DNA from: Geopsychrobacteraceae bacterium
GTDB taxonomy: Bacteria; Desulfobacterota; Desulfuromonadia; Desulfuromonadales; Geopsychrobacteraceae
DNA length: 64,000 nt
Reading direction: 5' to 3'
NCBI GenBank assembly: GCA_963676795.2
Contig: CAXXTB010000002.1
Location: forward strand, 640,001 to 704,000
The position numbers and the translations under genes were made by a program. The notes under the pieces are model-generated. The model saw nothing but the letters and a program-made list of their open reading frames with translations. It was not told where the DNA came from and did not search any database. Each line of letters starts with the position of its first letter. Position 1 is the stretch's first letter. Shown here piece after piece: positions 29,006 through 39,625 of this stretch.

Positions 29006-29158
29006 TCCTGCTCCTTTGACAGTGTTGCTTGACGGTAGCAGCTCAGCTTTTGCAGGCCAATCCGATTCTTGTGATTTTTTGTATTTTTTTGCTTGCAACT
29101 TTTCAGGACTTTAGGTATTTAATTGCCACTCGCGCCTCAGCGCGTTTTTTTTGCGCTA

Positions 29159-29236
29159 GTCCCTATCGTCTAGCCTGGCCTAGGACACCGCCCTTTCACG
29201 GCGGCGACGGGGGTTCGAATCCCCCTGGGGACGCCA
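29159..29236 (+). tRNA. tRNA-Glu (TTC), copy 3 (solo)
   Basis: Identical to copies 1 and 2. Confidence 0.97.
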
Positions 29237-29247
29237 ATTAAAAAATC

Positions 29248-29322
29248 AGTCTCACCATGATAAATGGTGGGACTTTTTTTTACCTGCTTCTGTCGGGATT
29301 CGAAGCGAAGCGAGCGCCACCC
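29248..29322. repeat. Terminator hairpin plus truncated copy 4 of the structured repeat
   Basis: AGTCTCACCAT-gataa-ATGGTGGGACT-TTTTTTT, then GGGATTCGAAGCGAAGCGAGCG (the same 22 nt that start copy 2). Confidence 0.75.
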
Positions 29323-29464
29323 GACTGTCCGGCGGGATTTCAGATTTTAAATCTCAGATCTCAAATTCTTTTCCTTTGAACTTCTCCCCAAACTTCTCTA
29401 CCCTTGATTTCATTCACATTTGATTTGTCAGAAATCTCATAAAAACGATTGGCTATATAATTCA

Positions 29465-29944
29465 ATGACAGAAAAGAAAACCCTTGTTGAAATCTTCTCC
29501 GACGGAGCCTGTTCCGGCAACCCCGGCCCTGGCGGATTCGGAACCATCCTGCGCAGCGGACAGCACGAAAAAGAGCTGTCCGGCTTCGAGGCCGAAACTA
29601 CAAACAACCGTATGGAACTGCTCGGTGCGATTACCGGCCTGGAAGCCCTCAAGCGTCCCTGCCAGGTGCGCCTGGTCACCGACTCCCAGTATGTCGTCAA
29701 GGGGATGACCGAATGGATCGCCGGCTGGCAGAAAAAAGGCTGGAAGAACTCCAAGAAGGAGGAGGTCGCCAATCGGGATCTCTGGGAACGCCTGTTGAGT
29801 GCGGCGAAGCAACATAGCGTCGACTGGGTCTGGGTCAAAGGACACGCCGGTCATGAGGAGAACGAACGCTGTGATGAACTGGCCAGGCTGGAAATCAGTA
29901 AGGCTTCTGCTAAGCTTGATAATCAGGTTGTGAAAAAAATATAA
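29465..29944 (+). CDS. rnhA: Ribonuclease HI
   Basis: [40 protein letters not shown]. Confidence 0.97.
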   Translation: MTEKKTLVEIFSDGACSGNPGPGGFGTILRSGQHEKELSGFEAETTNNRMELLGAITGLEALKRPCQVRLVTDSQYVVKGMTEWIAGWQKKGWKNSKKEEVANRDLWERLLSAAKQHSVDWVWVKGHAGHEENERCDELARLEISKASAKLDNQVVKKI

Positions 29945-30030
29945 CCAGACGGGTTCTCTATCGCTGGTGAGCTATGCTAGTATTCGCAAGATTGTAAGAT
30001 TCATTGTTATCTCCTTAGCCGGGAGTCTTC

Positions 30031-30468
30031 ATGTCTTTGCAAACAACCGCAACCACTGCCTCCGCCGGACCTCCCGACCTTTACGGGCTGGTCTCTCTTG
30101 GTATCTATGTTCTGATCGCAACGGGAGTGATCCTGGTGCTGCTGCTTCTGGCGCGTTTCCTGGGGAGCAGAACTCACTCCGCCCAAAAGGACGCGCCTTA
30201 CGAATCGGCCGTCGATCCGACTGGGGATGCCCGGCTGCGTCAGCCGGTGCCGTTCTATCTGGTCGCGATCTTTTTCATTGTTTTTGATGTCGAGGCCGTC
30301 TTTGTTGTCTCCTGGGCAGTCGCCTATGACCTGCTCGGCTGGGTCGGCTTCTGGCAGATCACCTTCTTTATTTTCATTCTCTTTTTAGGTCTGCTCTATC
30401 TGTGGAAGATGGGTGGTCTTGACTGGGGATCTCAACCACCCCGTTCGCGCCAAGGGAGTAGCCGATGA
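30031..30468 (+). CDS. nuoA: NADH-quinone oxidoreductase subunit A
   Basis: [23 protein letters not shown]. Confidence 0.93.
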   Translation: MSLQTTATTASAGPPDLYGLVSLGIYVLIATGVILVLLLLARFLGSRTHSAQKDAPYESAVDPTGDARLRQPVPFYLVAIFFIVFDVEAVFVVSWAVAYDLLGWVGFWQITFFIFILFLGLLYLWKMGGLDWGSQPPRSRQGSSR

Positions 30469-32846
30469 GCGAGAAACTGCCTCAGGGTGTGCTCCTGACC
30501 AAAGCGGACGACCTGATCAACTGGGGGCGCAAGAACAGCCTCTGGCCGATGTTCTTTGGTCTGTCCTGCTGCTTCGTCGAGATGATGACCAGTATGACGC
30601 CGCGTTTCGACCTGGCCCGCTTCGGTGCCGAGGTCCTGCGTGGTACCCCGCGCGAGTCGGATGTCATGATCGTCTCCGGAACGCCGTTCAAAAAGATGGG
30701 GGCATCGATCCTGCGCGTCTACGAACAGATGCCGAATCCGAAATGGGTCATCGCCATGGGCAGCTGCGCCAATTCCGGTGGCATGTATGATGTCTACAGT
30801 GTCATTCAGGGGGTCAACCAGATCCTGCCGGTCGACATCTATATTCCGGGCTGTCCGCCGCGCCCTGAGGCCTTTCTGCAGGGATTGATCGAGCTGCAGA
30901 AGAAGATTGCCGCCGAAGAGCAGCCGACCCGCAAGGTTCTCGGCATGCAGGGCGGCAGTGAAGGGACGACCGTCGACCCGCTGATCGATGGCGTGACTAA
31001 AAGCCGCGATACCCGGGGTCCCGGTTACGGTAACAGCCCGATCCGCGGCACCGCCCAGACACCTCCGGCGTTTCCTTTTAATCGCGCAAAGAATGTCTGG
31101 ACGCCGGAACAGACCAAGCAGCTGTTCCCGGATACGACGGAAACTCTCTATCGCGAGGTGTTGGAGAAGTTTGCCGGGCGGGTCGAGATCGATCCTCTGG
31201 CCGCCGACATGCCGGTTTTGACCTGTCCGCCTGAGCTGATCAATGATTTGATGCAGTTCCTCAAGCATGACGCGACGACCCACTATCGCCGTCTGGAGGA
31301 TCTGACAGCGGTCGATGAGCGCTATCGCTCAGCCCCACCAGATCATCAGTTCACCATCGTCTACCATTTGCTCAACTTTTCTGCGCCGGGCTATCTGCGC
31401 GTCAAGGTCCCTCTCAAAGGGGAGTATCCTGAAGTTCCTTCAATCACCAGGATCTGGCCTTCGGCTGACTGGTATGAGCGTGAAGCCTACGACATGTTCG
31501 GTATTCGTTTTACCGGCCACCCAAACCTGCGGCGGATCCTGATGCCCAATAACTGGCCGGGCCACCCGCTGCGCAAGGAGCATCCGTCGCGGGCGACTGA
31601 GATGCCGCCGTTCACCGAGGAAACGGCGCTTGAATACGTGCCGCTCGAAGGGGATAAGCTGGTTCCCCTCGAGGGTGCGGATGACGGCAGCATGGTGCTC
31701 AACCTGGGGCCGCACCATCCTGGGACCCACGGCGTTTTGCGCCTGGTGCTGCGCATGCATGGCGAGTCGGTCTCCGATATCGACATCGATCTCGGTTATC
31801 ACCATCGTGGCGCGGAAAAGATCGGCGAGCGCCAGCACTGGTCGCAGTTTATCCCCTATACCGACCGGATCGACTACCTCTCCGGGGTGCAGAACAATCT
31901 GGCCTATCTCAACTCCCTTGAAACCCTGCTGAACGTCAAGGTCCCTCCGCGCGCCGAGTACGCCAGGGTGATGCTCTGCGAACTGTTCCGTCTCTCCAAC
32001 CACCTGGTCTGGCTTGGCACCTACGCCCACGACGTTGGCGCCATGACCCCGGTCTTCTATGCCTTCGAGTCGCGCGAGAAGATCTTCGACATCATCGAAC
32101 TGGTGACCGGCGGGCGGATGCATCCGAGCTGGTTCCGCATTGGCGGGTTGCCGCTTGATCTGCCCGAAGGCTGGAAGCAGCGGGTCGATGCCTTTACCGG
32201 CAATTTCGACAAGCGCATCAACGAGTTCGACAAGATGTTGACTGACGGACCGATTTTCCGGGCGCGCAGCGAAGGGGTCGGGACAGTAACCCTGGAACAG
32301 GCCATCGACTGGGGCTTCAGCGGGCCGAACCTGCGCGCCTGCGGAGTCGACTGGGATCTGCGCCGCAGTATGCCGTACAGCGGCTACCAGAATTTCGATT
32401 TCGACGTGGTCACCGCGACGGGCGGCGATTGTTTTGCCCGTTACAAGGTGCGCCTGGAAGAGATGCGCCAGTCGCTGCGGATCATCAAGCAGGCTGCGGC
32501 CAATATGCCGGGCGGCCGCTGGATGAGCGACGACTATCGCTACACCTATCCGCAGCGGGGCGACGGCTTGCATGACATCGAGAGCCTGATCCACCACTTC
32601 GTCAACGTTTCGAGCGGTCCGGTCGCGCCACGCGGCGAATGTTACCGGGCCACCGAGTCGAGCAAAGGGGAGTGCGGCTACTACCTGGTCAGTGATGGCA
32701 GTAACAGTGCCTATCGCTGCCGGATCCGCACGCCGTCTTTTGCTCATATGCAGGCGGTGCCCTGGCTGAGCAAGGGGACGCTGATTGCGGATGTGATAGC
32801 AATATTGGGTTCGATAGACTTCGTCCTGGCAGACCTCGACCGGTAG
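30465..32846 (+). CDS. nuoBCD: Fused NADH-quinone oxidoreductase subunits B/C/D
   Basis: Nuo[10 protein letters not shown] and IPGCPPRPE; Nuo[11 protein letters not shown] and GHPLRK; Nuo[21 protein letters not shown] and LADLDR, all in one frame. Confidence 0.95.
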   Translation: MSEKLPQGVLLTKADDLINWGRKNSLWPMFFGLSCCFVEMMTSMTPRFDLARFGAEVLRGTPRESDVMIVSGTPFKKMGASILRVYEQMPNPKWVIAMGSCANSGGMYDVYSVIQGVNQILPVDIYIPGCPPRPEAFLQGLIELQKKIAAEEQPTRKVLGMQGGSEGTTVDPLIDGVTKSRDTRGPGYGNSPIRGTAQTPPAFPFNRAKNVWTPEQTKQLFPDTTETLYREVLEKFAGRVEIDPLAADMPVLTCPPELINDLMQFLKHDATTHYRRLEDLTAVDERYRSAPPDHQFTIVYHLLNFSAPGYLRVKVPLKGEYPEVPSITRIWPSADWYEREAYDMFGIRFTGHPNLRRILMPNNWPGHPLRKEHPSRATEMPPFTEETALEYVPLEGDKLVPLEGADDGSMVLNLGPHHPGTHGVLRLVLRMHGESVSDIDIDLGYHHRGAEKIGERQHWSQFIPYTDRIDYLSGVQNNLAYLNSLETLLNVKVPPRAEYARVMLCELFRLSNHLVWLGTYAHDVGAMTPVFYAFESREKIFDIIELVTGGRMHPSWFRIGGLPLDLPEGWKQRVDAFTGNFDKRINEFDKMLTDGPIFRARSEGVGTVTLEQAIDWGFSGPNLRACGVDWDLRRSMPYSGYQNFDFDVVTATGGDCFARYKVRLEEMRQSLRIIKQAAANMPGGRWMSDDYRYTYPQRGDGLHDIESLIHHFVNVSSGPVAPRGECYRATESSKGECGYYLVSDGSNSAYRCRIRTPSFAHMQAVPWLSKGTLIADVIAILGSIDFVLADLDR

Positions 32847-32853
32847 TGGTTGG

Positions 32854-32973
32854 GGCCGCTGAAAAGACCCCACCTGCTGCGTTATGCTTGCATTCGATTC
32901 CTCGACGTAGCTTTCGCTACGCCTGCGGATCAAAAGCTGCGCAAGCCTTGCATCTGGGGCCTTTTGAGCGGCC
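32854..32973. repeat. 120-bp palindromic MITE/REP-like element
   Basis: Terminal arms GGCCGCTGAAAAGACCCCACCTGC and the reverse complement GGCCGCTCAAAAGGCCCCAGATGC match at 20/24; central hairpin CGTAGC-TTTC-GCTACG. Single copy in this window. Confidence 0.6.
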
Positions 32974-33014
32974 TTTGCCGGGCGGTGCTTGTTGAAATTC
33001 GAAAACCTGAAATA

Positions 33015-33072
33015 CCTCATCTTAATTCCTTCTCCCATCGGGGAGAAGGTGCCCGGTAGGGCGGATGAGGGG
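33015..33072. repeat. RIME/boxC-like double-hairpin intergenic repeat
   Basis: Minus strand CCCCTCATCCGCCCTACCGGGCACCTTCTCCCCGATGGGAGAAGG; hairpins CCTTCTCCC/GGGAGAAGG and GCCC/GGGC. Confidence 0.55.
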
Positions 33073-33133
33073 AGTTCTTTTTTTAAACTGAACGACTGAA
33101 AACCTGAACAACCACAGAAGGTTTTTACTGCTT

Positions 33134-33646
33134 ATGAACGATTCCACACAGACAACGCCGGTTGGCCTGCTTGAAGAAGAGCAGATTGCTGATTTTATCC
33201 GCCATGCGATTAAGATCGATCATCCGCGTGAGATGATTATCGATATCTTGCGGGCGATACAGGTCAATCATGGCTGGGTTCCTGATGAGGGGATTGAACT
33301 GGCGGCGACCATCCTTGGCCTGACGCCGCTCGAGGTTGAAGAGGTGGCGACCTTCTACGACAAGATCTTCCGCAAGCCGGTCGGACGCTATGTCATTCAT
33401 CTCTGTGATTCAATCTGTTGCTGGAGTCTTGGCGGCGAAGCGATCGCCGCCTACCTGCAGGAGAAGCTTGCAATCGAATTCGGCCAGACCACCAGTGACG
33501 GTCTGTTTACCCTGCTCCCCTCATGTTGTATCGGGGCCTGCGGGCGGGCGCCGGCGGTGATGGTTGGGCATAGAATCTTTGGTCACCTCGACGAACAGAA
33601 GGTTGACGCCATGCTCGATGAATTGCGCAAGGAGGCGAGTGTGTGA
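33134..33646 (+). CDS. nuoE: NADH-quinone oxidoreductase subunit E
   Basis: EVATFY, CDSICC and CIGAC [2Fe-2S] ligands. Confidence 0.94.
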   Translation: MNDSTQTTPVGLLEEEQIADFIRHAIKIDHPREMIIDILRAIQVNHGWVPDEGIELAATILGLTPLEVEEVATFYDKIFRKPVGRYVIHLCDSICCWSLGGEAIAAYLQEKLAIEFGQTTSDGLFTLLPSCCIGACGRAPAVMVGHRIFGHLDEQKVDAMLDELRKEASV

Positions 33647-34920
33647 ACGAGACTCCGCAACTACTCTTCAAAAACCGCAAGCCGGGCGAGACCGTGTTCA
33701 TGGAGGGCTACCGGGCGACCGGCGGCTATACGGCCCTGGAAAAGGCCTTCCGCGAGATGTCACCGGCTGATCTGCGTGGGCTGGTCAAGGAGGCGGCGCT
33801 GCGCGGGCGGGGCGGCGCGGGCTTTCCAACCGGGGTCAAATGGGGCTTCTTCCCAGCCGATGCGCCTGGTGTCAAGTACCTGGTCTGCAACTGCGATGAG
33901 ATGGAGCCGGGAACCTACAAGGATGGTGAACTGCTGAAAGCTGATCCTCACCAGCTGGTCGAGGGGATGATCGTCTCGGCCTACGCGCTGCAGACCGAAG
34001 TCGGCTATATCTTCATCCGCTATGCCTATGAGCCGCAGGCGGAAAATCTGCGCCGGGCGATCGCTGAGGCTGCGGCAGCCGGTTACATCGGCAAGAACAT
34101 TCTTGGTAGCGGCTTCGATTTCGAACTGCATGTCCACGGCAGCGCCGGGCGTTACATCCTCGGTGAGGAGACGGCTCTGCTCAACGGTCTCGAGGGGATT
34201 CGCCCCAATCCGCGGATGAAACCGCCTTTCCCGGCGGTGAAAGGGCTTTTCGGCCGGCCGACGACAGTCAATAACGTTGAAACCATCTCCAATATCCCGC
34301 ACATCATCAACGGCGGCGCCCAGTGGTTCAAGGATCTGGCGTTGACCCCGGATGGCTCGGGAACCAAGCTCTATGGTCTCTCCGGACATCTCAACCGGAC
34401 CGAATGTTTCGAGCTGCCGGTCGGGATCTCGCTGCGCGAAATCGTCGAGGTCTACGGTAAAGGGGTGCGCGGCGGCAAGAGGTTCAAGGCCTGCCTGCCG
34501 GGCGGTGCTTCGACACCCTACCTGACCCCTGCGCATATGGATGTCGCTCTCGATTTTTCCTCGCTGGAGCAGGTCGGCAGCCGTTTCGGTACCGCCGGGG
34601 TGACGGTTTTCGATGAAAATACCTGTATGGTCGCTGTAACACTCAACCTGATCCGCTTTTTTGCCCGTGAAAGCTGCGGCTGGTGTACCCCCTGTCGTGA
34701 CGGGCTGACCATGGTGCGCTGGCTACTCGAGACCATTGATAGCGGCAAGGGGACCCCGGAACATCTGGAGATGCTCAAGGAGCAGCTGAAGAATATCTCG
34801 GGGAACAGCTTCTGCGCCCTGGCCGAAGGGGCCATGGGACCGGTTGCCGGGTTGCTCAATCATTTTGAGCAGGAGATTGTCGACCATATTGAACTGGGCC
34901 GCTGCCCGTTGCGGAAATAA
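33643..34920 (+). CDS. nuoF: NADH-quinone oxidoreductase subunit F
   Basis: LRGRGGAGFPTG, DEMEPGT, GEETALL, ESCGWCTPCRDG. Confidence 0.96.
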   Translation: MNETPQLLFKNRKPGETVFMEGYRATGGYTALEKAFREMSPADLRGLVKEAALRGRGGAGFPTGVKWGFFPADAPGVKYLVCNCDEMEPGTYKDGELLKADPHQLVEGMIVSAYALQTEVGYIFIRYAYEPQAENLRRAIAEAAAAGYIGKNILGSGFDFELHVHGSAGRYILGEETALLNGLEGIRPNPRMKPPFPAVKGLFGRPTTVNNVETISNIPHIINGGAQWFKDLALTPDGSGTKLYGLSGHLNRTECFELPVGISLREIVEVYGKGVRGGKRFKACLPGGASTPYLTPAHMDVALDFSSLEQVGSRFGTAGVTVFDENTCMVAVTLNLIRFFARESCGWCTPCRDGLTMVRWLLETIDSGKGTPEHLEMLKEQLKNISGNSFCALAEGAMGPVAGLLNHFEQEIVDHIELGRCPLRK

Positions 34921-34928
34921 TAGAGCCT

Positions 34929-37280
34929 ATGCCGACACTGACCATCGATAACAAGACTGTAACCGTCCCGGAAGGGAAGACAATCCTTGAAGCTGCCGAG
35001 GAGCTGGGGATCGTCATTCCCCATTTCTGCTACCATAAGGCGCTCGGTGCCGTCGGGGCCTGCCGGATGTGTGCCGTGACCATCCACGAGGGGAGCGTCA
35101 AAGGCTTGAAGATGTCCTGCCTGGTCAAGGTCGAGGATGGCATGGTGGTAACCACGAGCGATGAGCGCTCCGTGGAATTCCGCAGCCGGGTGACCGAATG
35201 GCAGATGCTCAACCATCCCCACGACTGCCCGGTCTGTGATGAAGGGGGCGAATGTCAGCTCCAGGAGATGACCATCGCCGGCGGACATGGTATCCGCCGC
35301 TATGACGGGCCGAAGCGGACCTACACCAACCAGGATCTCGGGCCGTTCATCGCCCAGGAGATGAACCGCTGTATCCAGTGTTATCGCTGTGTCAGAACCT
35401 ACAAGGATTATTGCGGCGGGCGGGATTTCGGTGTGCTCGGTTCGCGCAACCGGGTGTTCTTCGGCCGTTTCAAGGACGGCATGCTCGAGAGTGATTTTTC
35501 CGGCAATATCGTCGACGCCTGTCCAACCGGCGTGTTTACCGACAGGACCTACCGCTTTAAGTCACGCTTCTGGGATCTGCAGGAAGCACCGTCGATCTGT
35601 ACGCACTGTTCGCTTGGCTGTTCAACGATTCCGGGCGGCCGCTACCGCGAACTGCAGCGGGTTCGCAGTGGCATCAATGAGGAGGTCAACGGTTTCTTTA
35701 TCTGCGACCGGGGGCGCTTCGGCAGCAGTTACGTCAACCATCCGGAGCGTCAGCGTCAGGCACGCAGTGCCGGGGAAACTGTCAGTGTTGAGCATGCATT
35801 GGAGCAGCTTGCCGTCGAGGCCCGTCGGCTGATTCGCAGCCATGGCAGTGAAGCGCTGTTGCTGCTCGGTTCCCATCGGGCTTCACTTGAGACCAACTGG
35901 TTGCTAAACCAGTGGGCTCGCGAACTGGGTGCCCGGCCGCCGGTCTTTTCGGCGCATGGCGGACGTCAGGCAACGGCCCGTGCTGTTGCTGCTTCGAAGG
36001 CTCCGTTGGCCTCTCTGGAGCAGGTCAGGCAGAGCGATTTCGTGCTGGTCGCCGGCTGTGATCCGCTGAGTGAGGCACCGATGCTCGCCGTTGCCCTGCG
36101 CCAGATGGTGCGTAACGGTGGTCAGGTTTTTGTCTACGATCCGCGCGCTGTTGAATTGCCTTGCGAATTCGACCACCAGGCTGTCACTCCTCTTGAACTT
36201 CATGAATTTCTGAACGATGGCGGCGCAGACGGAAAGCACATGCGTGAACTGCTGCAACAGGCCAAAAGCCCGGTGCTGGTTGGCGGCGGAGATCTCTTGG
36301 GGGCGTACGGGATGGTTCAGTTGCAGAGCCTTGCTGAGCGGTTAGCTAACGCAGAACGCTCTTGCCTGATTTACCCTGTTCTGGCCGGTCCTGACAGCTA
36401 TGCTGCTGGTCTGCTCGCTGATGACAGGAGCGAGACCCTGCTGGAACGACTTGAGAGCGGTAAGGTCAGGATGCTGGTCTGTGCCGAAACCGATCCTCTG
36501 CTTGAGTCTTCTGCGCCGGGGCGTATTGCAGAGCTGCTGACCGGTCTTGAGCAGCTGGTCGTCCTCGATCATCTGCCGACGGCCGTGGCAAAGGACGCCG
36601 ATCTTTTTATTCCGACGCGCACCCCGCTCGAGTGCGACGGCAGTTTCATCAACAACGAGGGGCGCGTACAGGCCTTCGCCAGGGTCCTTGAGCCGGGCAT
36701 CCCGTTGGCGCAGGAAAATCAGGGAGGGCATCCTTCGCGCGAGTTTTCGACAACGACCCCGGGCGCTGAGCCCTGGGCTGCCATCGAGGCTCTGCAGTCT
36801 CTGCTGAGCCAGAATCTGCCTCTTGCCGAATTGCGTGCCCGGATTGTCGCTGATGTTCAGCACTTGCAGGGTCTTGCGCAACTTGAGGCCGGGCATCCGG
36901 GATACCAGCTCTGTGGTGGGGCCATCAAAGCTTCTGTATCAGACCGCTTGCCGGAACAGCCGGAGGGCAGCCTGCAGCTGATTGTTTCCCCCGCTCGTTA
37001 TGGCAGTGATCTGTCAAGCCGTTACTCTGAAAAGCTGGAACCACGTTTTGTAGGAGCTCGCCTGCAGATGCATCCTCTGGATATGGTCGCCCGGCAACTG
37101 CAGGAAGGGGATGAAGTGACTCTTGACTCTGATCTCGGCAGTTTCCGTTTGCCGCTCATCAGCCAGCCCGATATGGCGCGTGGCTGTGTGGTGGTCGAAC
37201 ACAATGCCGCCCAGACTTCCCTGGTGCCCGGCAGCGGTGTCAGCTACTGTCAGGTTGGCAAGGAGGTGACGCGTGACTGA
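34929..37280 (+). CDS. nuoG: NADH-quinone oxidoreductase subunit G
   Basis: IPHFCYH, GACRMC, NHPHDCPVCDEGGECQLQ, CIQCYRC, CTHCSLGC...CDRGR. Confidence 0.94.
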   Translation: MPTLTIDNKTVTVPEGKTILEAAEELGIVIPHFCYHKALGAVGACRMCAVTIHEGSVKGLKMSCLVKVEDGMVVTTSDERSVEFRSRVTEWQMLNHPHDCPVCDEGGECQLQEMTIAGGHGIRRYDGPKRTYTNQDLGPFIAQEMNRCIQCYRCVRTYKDYCGGRDFGVLGSRNRVFFGRFKDGMLESDFSGNIVDACPTGVFTDRTYRFKSRFWDLQEAPSICTHCSLGCSTIPGGRYRELQRVRSGINEEVNGFFICDRGRFGSSYVNHPERQRQARSAGETVSVEHALEQLAVEARRLIRSHGSEALLLLGSHRASLETNWLLNQWARELGARPPVFSAHGGRQATARAVAASKAPLASLEQVRQSDFVLVAGCDPLSEAPMLAVALRQMVRNGGQVFVYDPRAVELPCEFDHQAVTPLELHEFLNDGGADGKHMRELLQQAKSPVLVGGGDLLGAYGMVQLQSLAERLANAERSCLIYPVLAGPDSYAAGLLADDRSETLLERLESGKVRMLVCAETDPLLESSAPGRIAELLTGLEQLVVLDHLPTAVAKDADLFIPTRTPLECDGSFINNEGRVQAFARVLEPGIPLAQENQGGHPSREFSTTTPGAEPWAAIEALQSLLSQNLPLAELRARIVADVQHLQGLAQLEAGHPGYQLCGGAIKASVSDRLPEQPEGSLQLIVSPARYGSDLSSRYSEKLEPRFVGARLQMHPLDMVARQLQEGDEVTLDSDLGSFRLPLISQPDMARGCVVVEHNAAQTSLVPGSGVSYCQVGKEVTRD

Positions 37281-38265
37281 GCCTCTCATCACTCTGGCGC
37301 TGATCATTGTCAAACTGGTCGTTGTTTTCGGGGTGGTCCTGACCCTGGCCGCGAACCTGGTGCTGGCTGAACGTAAGATCCTCGGTCGTATGCAGCTGCG
37401 TTACGGGCCGAACCGGGTCGGACCTTTCGGCATGCTCCAGCCGCTGGCCGATGTCATCAAGCTGATCACCAAGGAAGACTTCATTCCCGCGCAGGCTGAC
37501 AAGTGGATTTTCCTCTTCGCCCCGGGGCTGTCTGCGGTGACGGCGCTGTTGACCTTTGCCGTGGTCCCCTTTGGTCCGCCGCTGACGCTGTTCGGTCAGA
37601 GCGTGCCGATGGTCGTTATCGATCTGAATGTCGGGGTGCTCTATTTTCTCGGTCTCTCCTCGGTCGCCGTCTACGGTATCGCCCTGGGCGGCTGGGCGTC
37701 CAACTCCAAGTATGCGCTGCTCGGCAGTATCCGCGGCCTGTCGCAGTTGATCAGTTACGAATTGTCGATGGGGCTGGCGGTTGTGCCGGTGGTCATGATG
37801 GCCAAATCGTTCTCGCTCAACGATATCGTCATGGCCCAGGAGAAGATTCCGTTTCTGCTCCTCAACCCGGTCGCCTTTCTGATTTTTCTGATCAGTGTCC
37901 TGGCCGAGAGCAAGCGGATCCCGTTTGACCTGCCTGAAGCGGAAAACGAACTGGTGGCCGGTTTTCATACCGAATACTCGGGGATGCGTTTCGGCCTGTT
38001 CTTTGTCGGTGAATACATCAACATGATCATTCTGGGGTCGATGGTCGCGGTCTTCTTCCTTGGTGGCTGGCACGGTCCGGTCCTGCCGGGAGTTCTTTGG
38101 TTTATCATCAAGGTGCTGCTGGTCTGTTTCTTTTTCATCTGGACACGGGCCAGTTTGCCGCGCCTGCGTTACGATCAGCTGATGCACTTCGGCTGGAAAT
38201 TTCTCTTGCCGATCGCCCTGTTGAACGTCGTTGTGACCGGGGCTGTCCTGCTTGCGATAGGGTAG
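37273..38265 (+). CDS. nuoH: NADH-quinone oxidoreductase subunit H
   Basis: GPNRVGPFG, PFDLPEAENELVAGFHTEYSG, PRLRYDQLM. Confidence 0.96.
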   Translation: MTEPLITLALIIVKLVVVFGVVLTLAANLVLAERKILGRMQLRYGPNRVGPFGMLQPLADVIKLITKEDFIPAQADKWIFLFAPGLSAVTALLTFAVVPFGPPLTLFGQSVPMVVIDLNVGVLYFLGLSSVAVYGIALGGWASNSKYALLGSIRGLSQLISYELSMGLAVVPVVMMAKSFSLNDIVMAQEKIPFLLLNPVAFLIFLISVLAESKRIPFDLPEAENELVAGFHTEYSGMRFGLFFVGEYINMIILGSMVAVFFLGGWHGPVLPGVLWFIIKVLLVCFFFIWTRASLPRLRYDQLMHFGWKFLLPIALLNVVVTGAVLLAIG

Positions 38266-38268
38266 ACG

Positions 38269-38799
38269 ATGCATATCTGGAGAGATATTCGAGGAACCTT
38301 GCAGCCGTTCTGGGTGACGCTGTGCAACATGTTCCGCAAGCCGGTGACCCAGAAGTATCCGGAGGAGAAGCCGGATCTGCCGCCGCGCTACCGGGCGCGG
38401 CTGATCCTGACCCGCGATCCGGACGGCAACGAGCGCTGTGTCGCCTGTCACCTGTGCAGCGCCGCCTGTCCGGTCGACTGTATCTCGATGCAGGCTATCG
38501 AGGCCGAAGACGGCCGGCGCTACGCCCAGTGGTTCCGGATCAACTTCACCCGCTGCATCTATTGCGGGATGTGTACCGAAGCCTGTCCGACTCTGGCCAT
38601 CCAGGTCACCGGCGATTTCGAACTGGCCGGGCGCGACCCGCTCAAACTGGTTTACGAAAAGGACGACCTGCTGGTCGATCACTGCGGCCAGAATACCGAG
38701 TATAACTTCTATCGTCAGTCGGGAATCGGGGTTGCTGCGCCACGCGGTGAAAACCCCGGCGAATCCAAACCTGTTGATGCAAAGGATCTGCTGCCATGA
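38269..38799 (+). CDS. nuoI: NADH-quinone oxidoreductase subunit I
   Basis: Two CxxCxxCxxxCP motifs. Confidence 0.95.
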   Translation: MHIWRDIRGTLQPFWVTLCNMFRKPVTQKYPEEKPDLPPRYRARLILTRDPDGNERCVACHLCSAACPVDCISMQAIEAEDGRRYAQWFRINFTRCIYCGMCTEACPTLAIQVTGDFELAGRDPLKLVYEKDDLLVDHCGQNTEYNFYRQSGIGVAAPRGENPGESKPVDAKDLLP

Positions 38800-39323
38800 T
38801 AGCGACTCTGATCTTTTACATCCTGGGCGCCATTGCCGTGATAGCGACCCTGATCGCGATCACCCGGCGCAATCCGGTGCATGCGGTCATCTACCTGGTC
38901 AACTGTTTCTTTGCCCTGGCGCTGATCTTCTATCTGCTCGGGGCATCACTGGTTGCGGCCTGGGAGGTCATCATCTACGCCGGGGCGATCATGGTACTCT
39001 TCCTCTTTATCATCATGATGCTCAGGCTCTCGCCGACAACCGATCCTTCGCGCTATTCGCCGCGCTGGGTGCAGTGGTTGCCGGTGCTGCTGATCGCCAT
39101 TGCCCTGGCGGTCTGCACCATGCTGCTGACCGGTATGGACAACCTCAGTGCTGAAGGGGTGCCGCGCTGGTATGCTTCACCACGGGATTTCGGTTACAGC
39201 CTGTTCCACGAATATGCCCTGGCGATCGAGATCGCCTCCTTTCAGCTGCTGTTTGCCGCGGTCGGCGCCTTCTATGTTGGCAAGCCGGAAGCGCTGCGCG
39301 GAGTCAAGGAGGAGGGGCGATGA
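38796..39323 (+). CDS. nuoJ: NADH-quinone oxidoreductase subunit J
   Basis: NPVHA, IYAGAIMVLFLFIIMML. Confidence 0.93.
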   Translation: MIATLIFYILGAIAVIATLIAITRRNPVHAVIYLVNCFFALALIFYLLGASLVAAWEVIIYAGAIMVLFLFIIMMLRLSPTTDPSRYSPRWVQWLPVLLIAIALAVCTMLLTGMDNLSAEGVPRWYASPRDFGYSLFHEYALAIEIASFQLLFAAVGAFYVGKPEALRGVKEEGR

Positions 39324-39625
39324 TCGTACCGATGGGACATCTGCTGATCCTGGCGACCATCCTTTTCCTCCTCGGGCTCGCCTGCGTCATCGCCTGGCGC
39401 AATCTGATCATGATCCTGATCGGGATCGAGGTCATGCTCAATGCCGTCTGTCTGACCCTGGTCGGCGCCTCGGCTTACTGGCAGAGAATCGACGGGCAGA
39501 TCATGGTCATCTTCATGATGGCGATGACCTCGGCCGAGGTTTCGATCTCGCTGGCGATGGTCGTCTACCTGCAGCGACGCAAGAACAGTATCGATATCCG
39601 CGACTTTGATGAGATGAGGGGCTGA
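39320..39625 (+). CDS. nuoK: NADH-quinone oxidoreductase subunit K
   Basis: 101 aa, three TM helices, IEVMLNA, AEV. Confidence 0.93.
   Translation: MIVPMGHLLILATILFLLGLACVIAWRNLIMILIGIEVMLNAVCLTLVGASAYWQRIDGQIMVIFMMAMTSAEVSISLAMVVYLQRRKNSIDIRDFDEMRG

Noticed and set aside
32850..33059. 69-aa ORF between nuoBCD and nuoE
   Set aside because: TTG start without an RBS; it simply spans palindromic repeat DNA.
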